A stretch of DNA of 43,707 nucleotides. Source: Basidiobolus meristosporus CBS 931.73. Taxonomy: Eukaryota > Fungi > Basidiobolomycota. Every line of letters begins with the position of its first letter. Within the stretch, counting starts at the first letter, position 1. Below the pieces are notes generated by a model that saw only the letters and a list, made by a program, of their open reading frames with translations, did no database searches and had not been told where the DNA came from. The translations under genes and the position numbers were made by a program. Positions 20,145 through 27,199 of the stretch are shown in pieces. The stretch lies in assembly GCA_002104905.1 (NCBI GenBank), contig MCFE01000705.1:1-43707 (forward strand), read 5' to 3'.

Positions 20145-20528
20145 ATGGCCTCCCAACAAACCGTCAAGATCTGCTGCTGCGGCGAGAACTGCCAGTGCGA
20201 GCAATGCCAATGCCAAAAGGTCGAAGTGAAGGCCACCTGCTCTTGCAAGGACAACTGCACCTGCGAGAAGTGCGAGTGCGCCAAGGCCGTTGAAGTGCCA
20301 CCCTGCGAGTGCAAGGGCGGTTGCAAGTGCGTCAACTGCCAAGGCAAGAAGCAATCCGGATGCAACTGTGGCGAGGGGTGCAAGTGCGGCTCCGCCTGTA
20401 AATGCGGTGAGGCCAAGAAGAGCAAGTGCTGCTGCGGTGATGACTGCAAGTGTGAGTCGTGCGAAGGCCAAAGTGGCAAGTGCTGCTGTGGTGACAACTG
20501 CAAGTGCACCAAATGCCCCACCAATTAG
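20145..20528 (+). CDS. MT8, 127 aa, 36 Cys
   Basis: Full six-module ORF, 9 nt different from MT11. TATAAAAA at 20085. AATAAA at ~20592. Confidence 0.9.
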   Translation: MASQQTVKICCCGENCQCEQCQCQKVEVKATCSCKDNCTCEKCECAKAVEVPPCECKGGCKCVNCQGKKQSGCNCGEGCKCGSACKCGEAKKSKCCCGDDCKCESCEGQSGKCCCGDNCKCTKCPTN

Positions 20529-20634
20529 AAGGGCATCATAATGTACATCTACAAAATAGCCATCTACACTTGTACTATTTCATTTCACACCAATAAATTC
20601 TACTTCGCAATCATATTGTTTGACGTTTAAGTAC

Positions 20635-20853
20635 CAGTGCGCCAAGACCGTGGAAGTGCCACCTTGTGAGTGCAAGGATGGTTGTAAGTGCGTGAGATGG
20701 CAGGGTAGGAAACAATCCGGATGCAAATGCGGCGAGGCCAAGAAGTACAGGTGCTGCTGCGGGGGAGACTGCCAGTGCGAGTCATGTGAAGGCCAGAAGG
20801 GCGAGTGCTACTATGGTGACAGCCACAAGTGTACTAAGTGTCTCACTCTTTAA
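20635..20853 (+). pseudogene. MT9, 5'-truncated MT fragment (no ATG, no promoter)
   Basis: Begins at ...CAKTVEVPPCECKDG, joined directly to the MT8 3' flank. Several Cys lost (C>W, C>Y, C>H). Confidence 0.75.
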
Positions 20854-21989
20854 ACTTCCACCATAAAGTATATCTCAAATTAGCATTTTACACATGTACT
20901 ATTATATTCCCAACTAATAGATCTCTCTTGACAATCACTCCTTGTGCAATATTCCGGTGTTCCGCATACTTTTTCCCTCTATCCTTTGAGTTCTATGCGT
21001 CAGGTTACGCAATCCATTGAACATTTTGGTGATAGATTGTTGCACGATTGCGCTTCCCTGCAATCATCTTTTTCCACAGACTGGCTCTCGTTCACCTTAC
21101 GACTTTACATACCTCTCCAGGTTGCAACTTGCTTGGAATGGCTGCTTTATTGATCCCTTGCGTTATTTTAGCTATTGGGGAATGCACCAACCATTGGTCC
21201 GACACTACAAGATTTGTCATGCTCTTGCGTTTACTTGATTGTATGATTCTTGTCACGATTCCGTTTCTGAATCAAGTGGGTGAAGTGTGTATCTGAAGTC
21301 CATATATCGTGATATGGTGAGTGTTAAAGAATCACAGAATCCAGGCGAATATCTTAATGGTTCGGGGTTAAAAGGGTCACCGAACTCCGCTTTCTCCCCT
21401 CCGCCGCTATACTTCAAAAAGAATCCAGTTGATCTGGGTGATTCTGTACCTCTATTATTTATAAGGTAATGGCGCAGTGACTTCCATTGCTTTGGAGTAT
21501 TACTCAATTATTGGTGGGCGTATATTCATTTCGTCGGAGTTCGCTCTCGTCAGGTTACGTATCTCAGCAATCAAGTATGGATCGAATATTCCCCGTATGT
21601 ACAATACCTGAAACCAGCTTGTAGCTTGAATGCTTAGGCGCTTTCACTACTCGTGGCATGGCCTCAATTGATGCGCAATCATAACCAGAGAAAAGCCAAG
21701 ATATTTGCTTAAAGGAGCTGCTTCAATTAACGCTTGCGTTATTTTAGCCACTGGGGAACGTCAGCTGCGGATCACCAATGGATATTGATGATGACGATTT
21801 GGGTGGCATCTCGCGTGATGTAATTTCTGAGCCGGAGAGTAGAGTCTTTGAATAGAACATTTGGTACAGCGAGATTTACGCCATTGGGAGGGAATAGTGA
21901 GATGCGTCGTTCCGACTTGAAAATGAATTTATAAAAATCTGGAATCTGGCTTGGTATTTGCATACTCTATCATCAATAAACTACTCAGC

Positions 21990-22265
21990 ATGGCTTCCCA
22001 ACACACCGTCAAGATCTGCTGCTGCGGCGAGAACTGCCAGTGCGAGCAATGCCAATGCCAAAAGGTCGAAGTGAAGGCCACCTGCTCTTGCAAGGACAAC
22101 TGCACCTGCGAGAAGTGCGAGTGCGCCAAGGCCGTTGAAGTGCCACCCTGCGAGTGCAAGGGCGGTTGCAAGTGCGTCAACTGCCAGGGCAAGAAGCAAT
22201 CTGAATACCAATGTGGCGAGGTTAAGAAAAGCAGTTGCTGCTGCGGTGACAGTGGTAAATGTTAA
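21990..22265 (+). CDS. MT10, 91 aa, 23 Cys, shortened C-terminus
   Basis: First three modules are essentially identical to MT8/11/12. The 3' end is deleted and frameshifted (…GDSGKC*). TATAAAAA at 21930. Confidence 0.8.
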   Translation: MASQHTVKICCCGENCQCEQCQCQKVEVKATCSCKDNCTCEKCECAKAVEVPPCECKGGCKCVNCQGKKQSEYQCGEVKKSSCCCGDSGKC

Positions 22266-23297
22266 AGTGCCTTATCCATCAAATACTCATTGTAACGAAT
22301 ATCTCCCGCCAAATCCTCCACACTCGTACTATTAATTTCTAAGCCAATAAATCCCGTTAGACAATCATCAGCTTTGTATTATTCCTGTGTTTCATACGAT
22401 TACTTGTTCGGTCTTTATTCAGCTCGGCTGAATTGCCAACTTCCGAAACCCGTAGGAAGCATCGTCAAGACCTCGTAAATTACGATGAAGGATTCGTGTG
22501 CGGCCCAATGGACCTATATTAGGGAACTCCGACGAACTTCATACCGCCTTTCAGAATGTGAAGCGCTCCAGGTTATATGGCTGAGTGATAGAGTGAAGCG
22601 TCGATAATTAAAAGAACAAAAGGCCAAAGCTCAGACTTGAAATGAATTTTTCAAGCCGAACACTTCCGGAGAGATTTCCAAGGCACGACGGCGAAGTAAT
22701 GAGGGATGTGTTTTCTAATGCATTTAAGGGTGGGGCCCCAATACAAATGGATTTCATACGGCCATGAGGCTACGCATTCCATCCCAAATGTGCAGTGGTA
22801 AAGTGTCGTGAGGCTTCGTGCCCTAGAAGTCGTCTTCTTCACCGGGGTGGTTACTACTACAGACATGACTTCAGATGCTTTTCCCTGAGGAAAACGTGGT
22901 TTCCGATCTTTGCCTGGAACCTGCTTGTAGTCTTACTGTTGGGGTGTATTAATCCTGATGCTTCTACTCGCAGTAAAGCCTCATCTACAGTGTAACCATG
23001 GAATAGCCTAGAAATTTGCTTAGAATCGCTATATTAATTGGTTGCGTCGTTTTAGCCATTGGATAGAATTACGTACCAATCGTCTGTTGGTGATGATGAA
23101 AAATGATCGCGTCCGATATCATGGGATATATCCATGGAGCAGAGTAGATGAGTGATTGGATTGATCATAAGGTACGGCGAGATTTACGCCATTGGAGGAA
23201 TTGGCGAGATGCGTTGTTCCGGCCTGGATAGTGAATGTATAAAAAGCAGGAATCGGCCTTGGTACCTGCATACTCTATCATCATTAAACATTCCAAT

Positions 23298-23681
23298 ATG
23301 GCTTCCCAACAAACCGTCAAGATCTGCTGCTATGGCGAGAACTGCCAGTGCGAGCAATGCCAATGCCAAAAGGTCGAAGTGAAGGCCACCTGCTCTTGCA
23401 AGGACAACTGCACCTGCGAGAAGTGCGAGTGCGCCAAGGCCGTTGAAGTGCCACCCTGCGAGTGCAAGGGCGGTTGCAAGTGCGTCAACTGCCAAGGCAA
23501 GAAGCAATCCGGATGCAACTGTGGCGAGGAGTGCAAGTGCGGCTCCGCCTGTAAATGCGGTGAGGCCAAGAAGAGCAAGTGCTGCTGCGGGGACGACTGC
23601 AAGTGCGAGTCGTGCGAAGGCCAAAGTGGCAAGTGCTGCTGTGGTGACAACTGCAAGTGCACCAAATGCCCCACCCATTAA
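23298..23681 (+). CDS. MT11, 127 aa, 35 Cys
   Basis: Full six-module ORF with one C>Y (CCY). TATAAAAA at 23238. Confidence 0.9.
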   Translation: MASQQTVKICCYGENCQCEQCQCQKVEVKATCSCKDNCTCEKCECAKAVEVPPCECKGGCKCVNCQGKKQSGCNCGEECKCGSACKCGEAKKSKCCCGDDCKCESCEGQSGKCCCGDNCKCTKCPTH

Positions 23682-24131
23682 ATGCGCATTACAATGTATA
23701 TCTCCAAAGTAACCCTCTACACTTGTACTATTTCATTCCACACCAATAAATTCTACTTCGCAATCATAGTATTTGACGTTTTCCTGTGTTCGCTAGGCCG
23801 GAGTGTTTGGCTTTTTCATGTTCCATCGAGTTGCTCAATTATGAATTGATTTTGAATCAAGTGACATAAAAAACGATGCTTCCCAAGGATTTGCTATACA
23901 ATTTGGACTAGTTTATTAGACTACGGTAGCGCAGCCAGGCGAACATGCTATTAACTACTAGGAAGTGAAGAGTACAAGGTTCGATGACTGAGGCGTAGAG
24001 GGAGATTTCAATAATAATAGGGCTTCAATGGCAAAGAGTAGATTTGGAACTAATTTATTATGTCCAATACTTCCGGAGAAATTTACAAGATACAATGGTG
24101 GAAGTAATGAGGGTTGGGTATTTCTAATGAA

Positions 24132-24515
24132 TTAGTGGGTAGGACACTTGGTGCACTTGCAGCTGTCACCACAGCAGCACTTGCCGCTCTGACCTTCGCA
24201 CGACTCACACTTGCAGTCGTCCCCGCAGCAGCACTTGCTCTTCTTGGCCTCACCGCATTTACAGGCGGAGCCGCACTTGCACTCCTCGCCACAGTTGCAT
24301 CCGGATTGCTTCTTGCCTTGGCAGTTGACGCACTTGCAACCGCCCTTGCACTCGCAGGGTGGCACTTCAACGGCCTTGGCGCACTCGCACTTCTCGCAGG
24401 TGCAGTTGTCCTTGCAAGAGCAGGTGGCCTTCACTTCGACCTTTTGGCATTGGCATTGCTCGCACTGGCAGTTCTCGCCACAGCAGCAGATCTTGACGGT
24501 TTGTTGGGAAGCCAT
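24132..24515 (-). CDS. MT12, 127 aa, 36 Cys
   Basis: Full six-module ORF convergent with MT11. Unrelated 5' leader with TATATAAA at 24575-24582. Confidence 0.9.
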   Translation of the reverse strand: MASQQTVKICCCGENCQCEQCQCQKVEVKATCSCKDNCTCEKCECAKAVEVPPCECKGGCKCVNCQGKKQSGCNCGEECKCGSACKCGEAKKSKCCCGDDCKCESCEGQSGKCCCGDSCKCTKCPTH

Positions 24516-25103
24516 GTTGTTAATGATAGGTGATACGTGGATTATGAATGCCCTACACTTCCCACCAAGATTCATTTATATACCATCCTATGAATGGGAG
24601 AATTCATGCGTCATATTATTGCACCAATCGCATAAACCCCTTCCAGGTGGTCGAAATTTCTTCTACGAATCAATCAGACCAAATCCATATTCGTGCCACC
24701 AAACAATCTCGCTGCCGCCCTCCAATTGGGGTGAGGGGATTCTTATTTGGATGAAAAGATGGCCCTTACAGTACAATGGGAATCGGTAACCCCTCTCCCC
24801 CCCTGGCCAAATGCTGCATGGGTAGTGTAATACTGCTTCGTGAGTATATTTGGTTATTTCAGTGCATCCTTGATGATGATGATCCGGTCCAGAACTCGTA
24901 GGGTTCGTTCGGGTTGATCAACACTGGTTTGTGCAACGGGAAATCAGGTTTCATTTATTTACGATGGTCAAGGGACTTTAGCCTGTTTGTTTCTACATAA
25001 CGGCCGATGGACCATGACAGAAAAGGTACATACAAGGTTAACGCCCTAAGGGAGGGGGCAGGGTGATTGGCCCGCTTTTCTCCACGGTGATTGTGCCGGT
25101 GTA

Positions 25104-25313
25104 TTACTTTCTTGAGCAGTTGGTGCATTCACAGTTGGGGCCGCAGGTGCACTTGGGAGTCTCATATTTCTTGTCGCATTTGCAGTCGGAGCAGGTGCAA
25201 TTCTCTTTACACCCGCAGACCAACTTGGCCTCTACCTTGTGGCAGTGGCAATCATTGCACTGGCAGTTCTCGCCGCAGCAGCACAGTTTCTTGGGTTTTC
25301 CGCTGGACTCCAT
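25104..25313 (-). CDS. MT13, divergent three-module MT, 69 aa, 18 Cys
   Basis: MESSGKPKKLCCCGENCQCNDCHC-CGCKENCTCSDCKC-CTCGPNCECTNCSRK, with the same 7/6/5 Cys spacing as modules 1-3 of MT1. TATAAA at 25394-25399. Confidence 0.85.
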   Translation of the reverse strand: MESSGKPKKLCCCGENCQCNDCHCHKVEAKLVCGCKENCTCSDCKCDKKYETPKCTCGPNCECTNCSRK

Positions 25314-26691
25314 TCTTGATATGAGTTATAGGTGTACGACGTTCGAAGGGGGGGGGATATTGGAATTGGTTGACTGGGTCGATGACCGGCGGCTTTATAA
25401 CACCCTCTCTCTATCGGGTCATGCAGTCTGTTGCTGTCACTTGTCATCAGGTCCATTCTCGTATCCAATGGCGAAATTCACTTGGTTCGATGGTGTCATA
25501 TCACTACCTGCACATTTCCAATGGCGAAACGCGCGCGCCATCCCTGATTGGGCTCAGTCCCTCCTAGTGATGTGACATCACAGCTGCCCCTCCTCATTTG
25601 TTAGGCAGAGAAAGGGGCCGCAATGCGGTTCGGGTACTGATTCACGACACGGTGTCGCTTGACGCAACCTGACCAAATATCGAAAGTCACTTACATTAAG
25701 CAAGCCCGGTCGTAAATCTGATATCTGGTTCCCTGCTACCCGGATCGATGTAACGGGCTAGACATCGGGATCTTGCGGATGAAGAGTTGGTTGAGCTTCC
25801 ATCTCCTCTACGGATTCAAATTCCAAGCCTTCTCCCTAACCAGCAAATCTTCCTCGCGACCCGCACATTTCCGGACCACCCACCAAACCGCCCTATGATT
25901 AGTTACGGACAGTCCTGTCATAAGTATAAAAATCTCTAAAACCACCTAGAGTTCCCGTTCCCATCCTCCTTCCTGTGCCACTACTCTATAGTTCCTGATC
26001 GGTTTTCAGGGCCCCTGGGTTCAAACCGGGTGGCCTTGAATGGTGCCTACTTTGGGTAGTGTAGTGAGGGCTATCCACGATTCACTGCAATAAGCATCGA
26101 TGCCATTCCATAATATCGCCCCTGCGAAAATCCCCCGTAAATGTTATGATAGTCAAGCGGGCCTATTGCGCTGTGTAACGGATCAACGGTGCTGACGGTG
26201 GGCGATCGGCAGCTCCAACCTTGGGTTCAATAGGAGCTCAACCCAGATCTCCAACACTTTACTACGCACTATGCGTTAGAATAGTGGTGTCATAGGTGTT
26301 TGGTGATGCCAACTTGGAATTTGCACCGAGATGGAGTTGGCGACCGTAAGTGGGTGCCAGCAATTTTCCAAGGAGCTCCTCGGCTACTAATGAACTCCAC
26401 CGTCACAGCCAATGGGCCGATCCGAAGAGGGACTTCTAGTTCCCCTTTCGACATTCCGCCACGAGTGCTCGACGAATCCGAAACCCATCGAGTTTCTGGA
26501 ATGGATGGTACTGGTCGATTCGTGATCTTCGGACGGTGGAATTCTGTCTTGCGTCCTGACCTCTGGATTGGCTCCAATGTATCCCTCGTGATCGGTCAAG
26601 GGATTCGCGTGGCGATGGAGATTTGTCCACATCCGTTTCCCCTATAAATTCTCATCGCTCTTCCTACCCGCCCGGGCTCAATTCTCACTTG

Positions 26692-27102
26692 ATGACCTTT
26701 TCCACCATCAACACCAACCCGACGGGATCCCTTTGGCCCACCCAGGGCACCGAAATCACATACGAGGGGATTCAAACCCTCATCGCTCATCCCCCGGAAA
26801 CCCGAGGTATCTTGCTGATAGACGTCCGGGGGAGGGAGGAATTCCTTCAGGGGCATATCCCAACCTCGGTGAACTTACCCTTGGATGAGCTGGAGAAGGC
26901 CCTCCACCTGTCTGATGAGGAGTTCTTTCGAACCTACCAATTCCAACCCCCTAAGCCCCACTCGAGGATTGTCGTCAGCTGTCGCTCGGGCAGTCGTAGC
27001 ACCCGGGCCCATAAGTGGCTACTGGAGGCCGGGTTCCAGTCCGTCCTCAACTACCCTGGCGGCTGGATCGAATTCTCCACCAGGCAACCTGCTCGAGAGT
27101 GA
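26692..27102 (+). CDS. Single-domain rhodanese / thiosulfate sulfurtransferase (GlpE/RDL1/TSTD-like), 136 aa
   Basis: LIDVR...E...GHIPTSVNLP, active loop SCRSGSRS, NYPGGW. The listed ORF start at 26623 is TTG; the first ATG is 26692, 49 bp after TATAAA (26643). Confidence 0.9.
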   Translation: MTFSTINTNPTGSLWPTQGTEITYEGIQTLIAHPPETRGILLIDVRGREEFLQGHIPTSVNLPLDELEKALHLSDEEFFRTYQFQPPKPHSRIVVSCRSGSRSTRAHKWLLEAGFQSVLNYPGGWIEFSTRQPARE

Positions 27103-27199
27103 GCCACGCAGGCAGGTTGCGAAAATGTTTGAGCAAAGTTTAAGGCTCTTTAGACAAGTTTGAGACCTCTCATGTCCATGGTGCCTGATGTTTTGGTGA

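Noticed and set aside
14479-24575. N-terminal extensions of MT ORFs (MVPAYSII…, MKAYKKQ…, MNLGGK…)
   Set aside because: They start at TTG/GTG or lie within or upstream of the TATA/leader. The conserved ATG GC(C/T) TCC CAA in aac/gac context is the credible start.
14314-24789. Ala/Leu-rich hydrophobic and His/Gln-rich antisense ORFs over the MT genes, resembling membrane proteins
   Set aside because: Reverse-frame translations of TGC/AAG repeats. The TATA-60 bp-ATG and AATAAA signals all support the Cys-rich frame.
14518-25313. MT array as a CRISPR-like or simple satellite array
   Set aside because: Units are protein-coding genes with promoters and irregular spacing, not repeat-spacer units.
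26692-27102. Rhodanese as an Acr2/Cdc25-type arsenate reductase
   Set aside because: The active loop is CRSGSR (C-x4-R, sulfurtransferase type), not HC-x5-R.
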